Assembly: GCF_001194135.2 (NCBI RefSeq)
Contig: NC_068995.1
Span: 45,713,907 to 45,777,906 of the forward strand
Reading direction: 5' to 3'
DNA from: Octopus bimaculoides
Taxonomy: Eukaryota
DNA length: 64,000 nucleotides
A program made the translations under genes and the position numbers. Of this stretch, positions 1-12,044 are shown piece after piece. Position 1 is the first letter of the stretch; each line of letters opens with the position of its first letter. A model generated the notes under the pieces. It worked only from the letters and a program-made list of their open reading frames with translations, was not told the origin of the DNA and ran no database searches.

Positions 1-1439
1 GTGTGTGTGTGTGTGTGTGTAATGATTGTTATTTTAAAGAATAGGAGGTCATTGTTTGAAATGCGAAAGCTTTAAATTTGTCATATGACCCTCCTTCAAG
101 TTCATATTGTCACATGACAGCATTGTAGAATGGACCTTAATACAATGATGTTGATGGTGATGATGCACTTTTTTTTTCTCGAAGTAGTTTCCTCTCTCTT
201 GAGGTTTCCTCTCAATTGAAACACTAAAACAATAAATAAATTTCTTTTGCATTAGCTCCCCCTCCCAGCCTCCCTCTCAAGACTTCTAGACTCTCCAGAG
301 ACGCTAATCAGTGTTACATCAATTGACTGACCTTGAAGAGTGTCCTATTAACCCTCTTGAATAATGTCAAACATGAAATCCATTTCCCACCACCTCTCTC
401 ACCCCTGCTCCTTGCTTGTGGATATTGTTGGGAAATTAAACGGGGTTTGATTCATTGAAAGTTAACTATTCAATGCCAACCCTGCCACCATTAATAATGA
501 AGCATTGACTTTCTTGGTTTCTGATCTTAACTGATTGGAAAACGCTATCATGTACATGTTTTGTCTTGGGGTAAAAGATGCGCCACAGCAAATATTCTGC
601 TTAGTACTACAGGTTTGCTTGTCAGTTCTTTTATGCCTTGATGCAATACTAGAAAATGACTCATGGCTTCTGATCTTAACTAAATTGTTTATAGTAATCA
701 AATGTATATGCCATACATTTGCTCGCCCCCTCCATCAAATCAACGTTGCCTGAACAGGTGCCCAGTGTGCCACACGTCAAATGTCTAAGTGATCGCAAAG
801 CAACACAAGATGAAGTGTTTTGCTCAAGAACACAACTCACCACTCAGTTTAGGAATTGAAACCACAATCTTGCAGTCATGAGTACAACACCCTAACCACA
901 AGGCTATGCATCCTCACAATAATAATTCCAGTACTCAACTGATACTTATCGACCCCGAAACGATGAAAGGCAAAGACGATCCCGGCAGAATTTGAACTCA
1001 GATTGTAAGAGCATATGAAATGGCGCTAAGCATTTTGCCCCGTGCACTAACAATTCTGCCAGCTCGCTGCCTTAATAATAATAATAATAATATGTAGTTG
1101 TTTTTTTCTTCCTTCTTGTATTATTATCATGTTTGTAGAGTAGCATTAACACCACTTTCTACTTCTAGTACCAGTGTTGGATTAACTATTAATTTAGTAC
1201 CAGTGTTGGATTAACAAAATAAGCATGTGTTTAGGGTATCAAGGTAAGTGGAGAATCACAAAAATGGTAAGTGGCTTATGGCACAATGAAATCACTTTAA
1301 ACTTGCTAAAATAATATTTGAAGTGGTTTATATGATCGGAAATATAAATTTTGTAGTGTTCATGATGTCATAGTGTATGATCAAAGACTTTGCAATTAAA
1401 AAAAGTAGGAGAAAACTTTTCAAATATATAAATAAAGTG

Positions 1440-1684
1440 TGGAGGCGCGTGGCCTAGTGGTTAGGGTGTCAGCACCATGATCGTAAGATTGTGGTTTCGA
1501 TTCCTGGACCGGGGCGACGCGTTGTGTTCGTGAGCAAAACTCTTCATTTCACGTTGCTCCAGTCCACTCAGCTGGCAAAAATGAGTAACGCTGCATTGGA
1601 CTGGCATCCCGTCCAGCTGGGGAACACATACGCCATTGAAACCGGGAAACCAGGCCCATGAGCCTGGCTAGGCTTTAAAAGGGC
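1440..1684 (+). mobile_element. tRNA-derived SINE
   Basis: A box tggcctagtgg, B box gtttcgattcc, core gttgctccagtccactcagctggcaaaaatgagta. Related heads at about 755-915 (-), 26440-26680 (-), 27985-28372 (-), 30740-30910 (-), 40960-41240 (+), 41595-41800 (+) and 51200-51390 (-). Confidence 0.85.
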
Positions 1685-1930
1685 TTTTTTTTTTTTTTTA
1701 TATAAATAAAGTGGAAGTATACAAAAATAAACATTATTTTCCATCTTGCTGTTTGTTTTCATTTTGAAAAATAAAAATTTATTTTATGGTTTATTATTGT
1801 TTATATTTTGGGTTACCCATATATGGGGAACACCAAAATCTTTTAAGTGCTTTGACCCTCCATCGGTCTTAATCTGGACCTGCCTCGTATCATTGTATAT
1901 TAATCGCTGTCTTTACCTTTCCGTTTGCAG

Positions 1931-2077
1931 CTAATTCATTTAGAAGTGAAACCCTCAGTACGGAATCAGATATTTCGAGAACTCAAAGTACTTCATGAGT
2001 GTAACTCACCGTATATAGTTGGCTTTTATACGGCTTTCTTCTGTGATGGTGAAATCAATATATGCATGGAATATATG
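1931..2077 (+). CDS. MAP2K1: MEK1/2 coding exon (human exon 3 equivalent)
   Basis: ttgcag|CTAATT...TATATG|gtgagt; 147 nt; [49 protein letters not shown], closely matching MEK1/2. Invertebrates typically have one MEK1/2 co-ortholog. Confidence 0.97.
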
Positions 2078-3271
2078 GTGAGTAGTTTCTGTCCCACCCA
2101 TTTGTGTTTCCTGTTCCTATCACTGAAGTAAAATAGCTGCATGGTTAAAGAAGTTGGCTATTGATCATGTATTCATAAGTTCAAGTTTTGACTAAAGCTG
2201 TAGCTGTTGCATTCTTGGGTAAGCTACATAAATTTGTATGGTTCAGTATGTCTGACTAAATGAAAATGGAAAAAACAGGTTCAATTGAGATTTTGGTTAG
2301 CACCATTTTTTTCTCTCTTTTGGTACAATCCAATGCCAAATGATGCCAACAGGTATGTTTTTGTATATTCTTTTGTTCCCTGTGCCCATAAACATTTTAG
2401 GCATACATCATTTTGGCAACTGCCCATTTCTAAGTAGTTCTGAGTCACCATATTCAGGGGACATACATCACTTTGAAGGGTATTCATGCGAGAAAAAAAC
2501 TGTTTCATAAAAAAAGATATTTTGTCCTTGCATGAAATGAAAAATGGATATAAAACAGCATTTAAAAAAAAAAAAAATGGTGGAGAACAAACATGTCAAC
2601 ATGAATGGTGAGCTGAGATGGATTGGTACAGCATTAGAAACCTCATCAAGCCGATGTCTGTAGAAGAAGTGACTAAGCTGGGAGGGATGAGGGATGTGAT
2701 TTAATGGAATGTTGGGTTGTGGTGTGCATATAAATACCTTGTGGGTATGGATAACCCAAAGGTAACGTTTCAATAAGTATGAGGTCAGATCTTGGAAGGA
2801 TGGGATTTGCAGGAAGATTCTAATAAGTTATTGCAGTTAACATTGATGGCATGGAGTAGTTCTTATCAGGTGTACTGCCACAGACACTTTGTATACAATT
2901 TGAACCATTCTGGGATTTCAATAATCAGCCTAGTTTGCATAATGAGACCTTTGGTTGTCCTCGTATTTCAAACTGCAAATGTGTGGTCCCTAAGTTCTTG
3001 AAGTGCATTTGATTGTTATACTGAGTTTTTGGTTTGCACCATTTTTTTCTCTTCTGGGACAATCTAATGCCAAACAATGCCAATGGATTTGTTGTTGCGT
3101 ATTCTTTTAGTTGCAGTGCCCATAAGCATTTTAGGCATACATCATTTTGGCAACGACCCATTACTGTTTTCTTGACTCAGCTTTTTCATTAACTGAAGAA
3201 ATAATGAAGTTTATTATTGTAAGAACCCGATAGTCATGTCAACTAATGTGGTTCTGTTCCATTTCTGGCAG

Positions 3272-3349
3272 GATGGTGGTTCCTTGGATTTGATACTTAA
3301 AAAGGCAGGCAGAATTCCTGAGCCAATTTTAGGGAAAATAACTATAGCT
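3272..3349 (+). CDS. MAP2K1: MEK1/2 coding exon (exon 4 equivalent)
   Basis: ggcag|GATGGT...ATAGCT|gtaagt; 78 nt; [26 protein letters not shown]. Confidence 0.97.
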
Positions 3350-3446
3350 GTAAGTATATACCTTCTTTTCTTTCAATCTTTTATTTTTTGGAAGTTGTGT
3401 TTCGTCCTCTTGTCTGATCTGTGATTAATGGGAGCAATGGTCATCC

Positions 3447-3710
3447 CATCATCATCATCATCATCGTTTAACGTCTGCTTTCCATGCTAGCATGGGTTGG
3501 ACGCTTTGACTGAGGACTGGCAAACCAGATGGCTGCACCAGGCTCCAATCTGATCTGGCAGAGTTTCTACAGCTGGATGCCCTTCCTAATGCCAACCACT
3601 CCGAGAGTGTAGTGGGGGCTTTTACATGCCATCGGCATGAGGGCCAATCAGGCAGTACTGGTAACGGCCACGCTCAAGTGGTATTTTTTACATGCCACCT
3701 GCACAAGAGC
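3447..3710 (-). mobile_element. Abundant (GAT)n-tailed retroposon fragment
   Basis: Shared motif ggttggcattaggaagggcatccagctgtagaaac..aaccgtccaacccatgctagcatggaaa..(gat)n. Other copies at about 4280-4390, 8990-9279, 10400-10530, 25530-25600, 29310-29500, 40140-40400, 50410-50600, 51770-51940 and 57000-57070. Confidence 0.75.
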
Positions 3711-3842
3711 CAGTCCAGCGGCACTGGTAATGACCTTGCTTGAAAAATTATATATATATGTAATAGTAATATTGAGACTGTTTTCACAAATTTCATTCAA
3801 TGTGTTTTTGTTGATTTTTTTTTTTTTTCTTCTTTCATTTAG

Positions 3843-3894
3843 GTTATGAAAGGTTTGAATTATCTGCGTGAAAAACACCAAATCATGCATCGAG
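3843..3894 (+). CDS. MAP2K1: MEK1/2 coding exon (exon 5 equivalent)
   Basis: tttag|GTTATG...CGAG|gtaagc; 52 nt; VMKGLNYLREKHQIMHR plus the first base of D (HRD motif). Confidence 0.97.
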
Positions 3895-4528
3895 GTAAGC
3901 TTTATATATTCAGTGAGAGAGGAGGGGAAGAGAAAAAGAAAGGAAAATAATTATACAGGAGGAAGGACAGTAGGAGAAATAAGGAGAAACATGAAGGAGG
4001 AGAGAGAGAGGAACAGTGTGACGTTCAGGTGATGTGTGTTTGTGAGAGAGAGAGAGAGAGAGAGAGAGAAGCATGCTTTCATAATAAGAGACTGGTGCCA
4101 GTCGTCGAATTTAGTTCGGGAATATAAATTAACATCAGATTTTAATTGGGAATTTTAATTTAGATCACTTTAGAATGGGAAGTCTATGCCTTAAAACCAA
4201 GGGTGGTCCTAAGCAGTTTGTTATGAAAAGGGTTAATCATAAATATCTTTGGTGTTAGAAAGGGCATCTAGTTGTAGAAACCATGCTGAATCAGAATGCA
4301 ATCTGTTGCAGCTCCCCAGCTTTGCGGGTTTCAGTCAAACCGTCCAACCCATGCCAGCATGGAAAACAGACACTAAATGATGATGATATCTGTCTTTTTA
4401 CTGTACAAAGCATAATTACTGTTAAAGGGAGTACTGGTGGAGAATTAACTGGTGCTAGAGGCAGAGATATGTAATGCAAGTGAATCCAAACACAGTCTTC
4501 ATTGAAAAAACCATAAACTGCTTTAGGG

Positions 4529-4561
<33 letters not shown>

Positions 4562-4813
4562 AAATATTACTGATGACTTGAGATTGGTTGTGAAATGTGT
4601 TGTTAACATCTTATATCCATATTGTTTAACCCTTGGTCAGTCTTCATTCTCACAGATCTTTGATCACAGTGGTCCAGCCATGACCATCCTGCCTTTTTTG
4701 TTTTCAGGATTAGGAATCTATTATCTAATGATGTGTCCTTTGCCCTGATTCCTCCTTTTTTTTTGCAAAGGACGTTGTTAGTAATTTGGTGGAGAATTGG
4801 TTGCTAATTCTAG

Positions 4814-5362
<549 letters not shown>

Positions 5363-6109
5363 TAGTTCTATAAATCAACCCCAGTACTTTTATTTTTTTT
5401 TAAGCCTCATACTTATACTTATTCTGTTGAACTCGTTTACTAAATAGATAAGCTACAGGGATGTAAACACACCAACACCAGTTGTCAAGAGGTGGTAAGG
5501 GACAGGACACAATGACTCACACACACACGATGGGCTTCTCTCAGAATGTCTACCAAATCCACTCACAAGGCTTTGGTTGGACTGAAGTTAGAGAAGAAGA
5601 CACTTGCTCAAGGTAGCATGCAGTGGGACTGAACCTGGAATCATGTGGTTGGGAAGCAAGCTTCTTACCACCCAGCCATGCCAATATATAAGAGATTAGG
5701 TGAAACACAAGGTTATATCTTTTGTTCCCTACACATGTTTCAACATTGTGGCTGTTTGCATCCTCTGCATTGGATGTTCCGAGTGCAGTTGGATGGTGAA
5801 CCGCATCAAGGTAACGGAACACATTGTATTATGTTACAAAGATCAAATGTCTCTGAAGTGAAACATACGGAATAAATAATATAAGCTTGTGTTTATCATA
5901 ATTTCTACATTTGTTCTGTATGTCATAACCTTTCTACTGTAGGCACAAGACCTGAAATTTGTGGGGAGGGGGTCAGTCGATTAGATCGACCCAAGTACGC
6001 AACTGGTACTTAATTTATTGACCCTGAAAGGATAAGTCGACCTCGGTGGAATTTGAACTCAGAACGTGAAGACAGACGAAATACCGCTTAGCATTTTGCC
6101 TGCCAGAAA

Positions 6110-7215
6110 TTTGGAAACGACTTGCTGTACTGCTTGGCATTCGCACTGGAAGCTCCAATATGAACATTTCAGAGTGTTTGGATGTCAATCTGAGGACAGT
6201 GTAGAGGATTCAGAAAGAGTTGGATAAGTCTAATGGTGATCATGAAGGTACGGCAGCTTGAGAAACTCCTACTGATCATTCTAATAAAAAATGAACTCCT
6301 GAATTTGTTGGTGAGATCCAGGCTATGATTGACAATGATCCCTCCAAGTCAATCAGGTCCATGACCAGAGACATGGGAGTGTGTGAGTTTATCAGGCGGG
6401 TAGCGCATTAAGACATTTGGTATTCCTCATACAAGATGAGAAAGGGCCAATTTTTATCCCAAGCCATCAGGACCGTGCTATGAAGCTTTTGAATAAACTC
6501 AAACATCCCCTCCAACTGAACATGCTTTGGTTTTTCTCAGATGAGAAAAATTTCTGCTACGATCAAATGGTAAACGCACAGAACAGCTGTTGGCTTACCA
6601 TGTCCCCAGAACATGATGAAAAATCAAACATCCAGTCAACATCATGGTGTTTGGAGTATTCACTAGTGATGACGACCTTATGCCTCCATTCATCTTCCCA
6701 CACGGCCTTAGATTCAACAAGAAGGCCTACATCAAGTGCTTGGAGGAAGTAGTGCTACCCTGGGTCAAGAGGGCGGCTGCTGGAAGACCCTATGTCTAGC
6801 AACAGGACTCTGCACCATGCCACAGAAACAGGAGAACCGAGTTGTGGCAGTCAGATAATTTCTGCAACCACATCACCCCTAACATCTGGCCACCTAACTC
6901 CTCATATTATGTGTGGGGGCACAGTTGAGCGAGAAACCAACAAAACTCCTTGTAATACCAAAGATGAACTGAAGGCAAGGATTACAGCCGCATTCACCAA
7001 CTTAAAGAAGGAGACCGTCCAGAAGAGTCGCAGGAAATTCCGACATCATCCGGAGGCCATGACTTAAGGCCAATGGCGATTTTATTGAATAAATTTACTC
7101 TTTAGTATTTCAAGATATTTTTATGTAATTTTGGTAAATATATCTGTTAAAATAAGATGTCAGTGTTATTTTCATTTTTGCATAATTTGGACGATAATTT
7201 ATTCACCGCATCCTG
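6110..7215 (+). mobile_element. Degenerate Tc1/mariner transposon (maT/DD37D-like), 5' truncated
   Basis: Frameshifted transposase fragments (WFFSDEKNFCYDQMVNAQN; QDS.PCH; VERETNKTPCNTKDELKARITAAF); ends ttattcaccgcatcctg followed by TA. Confidence 0.8.
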
Positions 7216-7242
7216 TATATTATTGCTTCTCTTTGCTGACAG

Positions 7243-7432
7243 CCTGAACGGTTACAAGGAACTCAATACACAGTCCAGTCTGACATTTGGAGTGTCGGCC
7301 TATCACTAGTAGAGATGGCCATTGGGCGATATCCCATTCCCCCACCAGACCCTGAACACTTGGAAAGCATATTTGGTGATAACTGCATGGAAGAACATCG
7401 GGAAGCTGCAATGACAGGAAAACCCTTAAAAG
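7243..7432 (+). CDS. MAP2K1: MEK1/2 coding exon (exon 7 equivalent)
   Basis: tgacag|CCTGAA...AAAG|gtgatt; 190 nt; [63 protein letters not shown]; not in the ORF track, translated by hand. Confidence 0.96.
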
Positions 7433-8321
7433 GTGATTGATTTATTAATGTTCTAATTGATCTGTCTTTAAATTAATTATTTATTTGTTTGTATCTAGGG
7501 TCCGGAGTTTTTTGGTCGTGGGTTGAGGCGTTTGTGGGTTTGTTTAGAATGAGATAGGGAACATGTAGACGAATGAAGGGATTTGATACAGTCGGGGTTA
7601 GTGCTTAGTTGGAAAGCAATAAAGGCTAGTGGTTTGATAAATAAGGAATTTTCAGTGGGGTTTAGTTAGAATGAAGAAGGGTTAGGATTGAGACAAGTGT
7701 TTAGTACCATGTTACGAGATTGAGGTTCTTTGATTGCAGCAACAGCTGGAGCAACTCCTGCATTGTAGGGTACTTGGGTTAGAGTATTTATAAATGTATA
7801 GAAAGAGCAGTGTCACCTAACATATGCTGTGCACGGGTGTATATAAGTATTATTGACTGTTACTGGATGTATGCGACTGTCATTCAAATATAGAGTATAA
7901 AAAAAGTGAAATAGAGAAACACAAGTATTGGGTCTTACCAGGACACTCCGAATATACATACATACCTTGGGTCCAGTTGCTTAACTACTTACTGCCCACG
8001 TGATTGTAGGTTCAGGGCTTATAACAGTCATTGCTCTGTACATCTGTAGCAAGGTACGTAACTCTGCTGGCTTCACCTCCCTTCCCTTGACTGACATACA
8101 AAACCAGTTTTGCATTCAACTCCACAGTTGAGTGGTTGCATAGAGGGTGTTCATCCAACTGTAAAAAGTACTTCTCCACCAAAGAAACCTCTCGTTTATG
8201 TAAGCTGGGGGAAATGTAAGACAGTAACATACACGCACACGTGTGTGCGTGTACGTATAGTTTTCTGTATCATGTTTCAGAAGATAGACTTGTACTTGAA
8301 AAATATTTTTCTATCATTTGC

Positions 8322-8521
8322 TTTACCCTTTAGCATTTAAACCAGCCATCTTCAAACTGGCCATGTCCAGTTTCTCACACCTACCACTCAGTGTCATTGG
8401 GAAAACCAATGTTCATATTGGTGAAATCTGAAAGCTGCAAGATAATGCATGGATTACTTCAAATCAGTGTGAATAAATGACCATCACATTTGACAGATTA
8501 ATATTAATGCTAAAGGGTTAA
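8322..8521. mobile_element. piggyBac-type MITE
   Basis: Termini ttaccctttagcatt ... aatgctaaagggttaa (CCCTT ends, TTAA-like flanks). Confidence 0.6.
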
Positions 8522-9941
8522 TATATCACCTTTCTTTTTCTGACTGTTTTCCTCAGAAGAGAGAGGAGGAAAAAATGAAAGCTGTTTGATGTTAGGAGGA
8601 GAAATGTGATATGTAATGTGAACAATACAAAAATTCTATTAACGACAAGACAAAGTTACACCTCATTTTGAATCACGAATTCAAATTAAGAAGGCATCCA
8701 CCTCTGTTTCTAATAATAACTGCTCTTTGGTTGTTGACCAGTCATCTGAACTGACTACATAGAATAAATCTACTAAGTAAGATTTATTCATCCATACCAT
8801 GAACTTTCTCTCATGAAAAACATTTTAAATTTAAATATCTGTTTGTTTTACTATACAAAGTACAAATGTGAAAATATCTGAAATTATTCAAATTCTAGTA
8901 TTATTAATTGTAATTAACATGTTTGTTTTAGTGGCATTGTTGTCTAAAATTATCAATAGAAATGAGGAAATGTGCTGTGCGTGAGAAGACCCGGCAAGCT
9001 AAGTAAGATCGTTGCCAGTGCCCCTGGACTGGCTCTTGTGCGGGTGGCACATGAGATGCACCATTTTGAGCGTGGCCGTTGCCAGTACCGCCTGACTGGC
9101 TCCCGTAGGATTTTCGAGTGAGATCGTTGCCAGTGCCCCTGGACTGGCTTGTGCGGGTGGCACATAAAAGACACCATTTCGAGCGTGGCCGTTTTCGTAC
9201 GGGTGACACGTAAAAGCACCCACTACACTCTCTGAGTGGTTGGCGTTAGGAAGGGCATCCAGCTGTAGAAACTCTGCCANNNNNNNNNNNNNNNNNNNNN
9301 NNNNNNNNNNNNNNNNNNNNNNNNNNNNNNNNNNNNNNNNNNNNNNNNNNNNNNNNNNNNNNNNNNNNNNNNNNNNNNNNNNNNNNNNNNNNNNNNNNNN
9401 NNNNNNNNNNNNNNNNNNNNNNNNNNNNNNNNNNNNNNNNNNNNNNNNNNNNNNNNNNNNNNNNNNNNNNNNNNNNNNNNNNNNNNNNNNNNNNNNNNNN
9501 NNNNNNNNNNNNNNNNNNNNNNNNNNNNNNNNNNNNNNNNNNNNNNNNNNNNNNNNNNNNNNNNNNNNNNNNNNNNNNNNNNNNNNNNNNNNNNNNNNNN
9601 NNNNNNNNNNNNNNNNNNNNNNNNNNNNNNNNNNNNNNNNNNNNNNNNNNNNNNNNNNNNNNNNNNNNNNNNNNNNNNNNNNNNNNNNNNNNNNNNNNNN
9701 NNNNNNNNNNNNNNNNNNNNNNNNNNNNNNNNNNNNNNNNNNNNNNNNNNNNNNNNNNNNNNNNNNNNNNNNNNNNNNNNNNNNNNNNNNNNNNNNNNNN
9801 NNNNNNNNNNNNNNNNNNNNNNNNNNNNNNNNNNNNNNNNNNNNNNNGAATAATTGCCACATATCATATTTACAGATAAATTCCTCTTATTTACATAATA
9901 TCGAGGTCTCTTTCATTCTTTTGTTGTCTTGCTATTTCTAT

Positions 9942-10002
<61 letters not shown>

Positions 10003-11180
10003 TCCACATACATGCATGTGTATTATTAATTTTTATGGCAAAGATTTTGGTCTGTACATCTTCTATCCTCATCTCTACCATCTGTCACACTCTGATGAAC
10101 CTACCCAACCAGCCATCCTTGATTCTCTGCCCCTATTCCCTCTTTATTCACCTTCTTTTAACATGTGAGTATGCCCTGACACCTCCTTTCTACAATCCTT
10201 TCTCTCATTCCATCTGGGGTAGCCATGTATCCCCTCTGCAGCAAGATCCTTATTCCTCTATCATACTTTAGGATCTCAACACTTGGCACAAAAGCCACCT
10301 CCACTCTATCAAGGGGTTTTGTCTTGTGAACTATTTGCTGACCCCACTTGTGCCAGTGGCACGAAAACAAAAAAAAAACATCTAATACACTCTGTAAAAT
10401 AATTGATATTAGGAAGGGCATCCAGCTGTAGAAACCATGCTAAAGCAGACATTGATGTTCAATGTAGTTTTCTGGCACATTGGATCCTGTCAAACTGTCC
10501 AATCCATGCTAGCATGGAAGACAAACTTTAAATGAGGATGATGTTATATATTCCTAAACACCAATGTTGCATTTAAAAATAGAACCCCCCCCCCCCAAAG
10601 CTCACTGGCCACAAAGTATAAAATCTCTTGCTCTTTAAGTAACCATTCTCTCAGTTCTAGTGAACTGAGGAAGCAACCTATTTATGCTCTGATCCATTAG
10701 GTATGCTTGTTATTTTTACTTTTCGATGTCACATTAGGAATTCTGACATTCCCAGCACATGTAGAAGACACAAAGAAAATAAAACAATATGGAGGATCAA
10801 TAAAACAGAAATTCTATTGCACAAATAGTGTCTTGGTTTCATCAGAGACTAAGCCAGTCCAGTCTGGCTTAGTCCCTGATGAAACACACCATGTGCTCTA
10901 ACATTATACACACTGAGACGCAAATAAAAGTCTAACAGACCCACCCTAATAATTTCTACAGTCTTGTGATGTGTCAATGCCCCTCCCATCATCACGACCA
11001 TGACAGTCAGTCTCACTCATCAAGTTAATCTGTCGTCTGTATTAATCTCAGTTAATTCATAATCCTTTTGTGTTGCATTAGTTTCAGACAATCATATTTT
11101 CGTATCTGTATTGAACCAGATCCAAAAGGAATTTTTTTGCTTTAAATTTCCTTCAATCAACCACCACCACCACCACCACC

Positions 11181-11214
<34 letters not shown>

Positions 11215-11547
11215 TCATCATGGTAATTAATATCATTGCTGTCCTTACCCATTATGCTAATCAGTTATCGTCATTTACAATTTTCAGCATATTCCACAAA
11301 CTTTCAGCTTCAAATATTATAAGAACCACCAATAAAGATTGCAGTTTTTATTCTACAATGTGTGTGTGTGTGGATAGTGTGCAGATATTTATTTCATGTA
11401 CTGTTCATTCAAAGGTATCTTGTAGTGTAAAATCCAGCATCTGTTTTTATTCTCAAATTTATCTTTATACTTCCTATATATCTCCCTATCCAAAATAACT
11501 TCTTATAGTGATTTCTACTATTTCCTTCTATTTAACTCTCTCATATC

Positions 11548-11595
11548 GTCTCTGATGAGGGGATATCTTTTATATCCCTGAAACAGCTGTAAGAC
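11548..11595 (+). ncRNA. Minimal type I hammerhead ribozyme motif (Penelope/retrozyme-type)
   Basis: gtct-CTGATGA-ggggatat/ctttt/atatccct-GAAAC-agct-GTA-agac: 4-bp stem I, intact core, 8-bp stem II (G.U closing pair), palindromic stem III ACAGCTGT. Confidence 0.8.
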
Positions 11596-11743
11596 TACCT
11601 TTATCTTTATACATGTCCTAGAAATTTCACACTAACTTGGTTTTGTTGTCTCATTTTACTTAACACACACACACGTGTGTGTGTGTGTGTGTGTGTGTGT
11701 GATAAATGATAGAAAATGGAATGAACAACATTCTTGATTTAAA

Positions 11744-11849
11744 ATTACTACAATTGTTTCAACACATTTTTACACCTGTAGTACATTGGTGATTTGTTAT
11801 GTAATCATTATCATACATCAAAGGTGTAAAATGAGCTTCTTCAGGTGAT
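11744..11849 (-). ncRNA. Type I hammerhead motif with long stem II
   Basis: Minus strand: atcac-CTGAAGA-agct-cattttacacct...aggtgtaaaaatg-tgtt-GAAAC-aatt-GTA-gtaat. Stem I 4/5 paired; stem III palindrome ACAATTGT. Confidence 0.7.
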
Positions 11850-12005
11850 AGTTTAAATAAGTCCTTCAGAACTCTACAGATACTACAAAATTCCTGATGC
11901 ATGTCCAGTAGCCGAAGCATTTCCACTGTTTGATGACATCAGATAGCCAGTGACTGTGGACAAGCTTTGCATAGCATTCTACAAGATTTTTACCTGAATC
12001 TTTCT

Positions 12006-12044
<39 letters not shown>

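Noticed and set aside
1440-1520. tRNA gene, here and at other A/B-box sites
   Set aside because: The heads continue into SINE bodies and I could not fold a full cloverleaf, so they are tRNA-derived SINEs.
10090-10130. CTGATGA as a hammerhead core
   Set aside because: No stem II or GAAA downstream.
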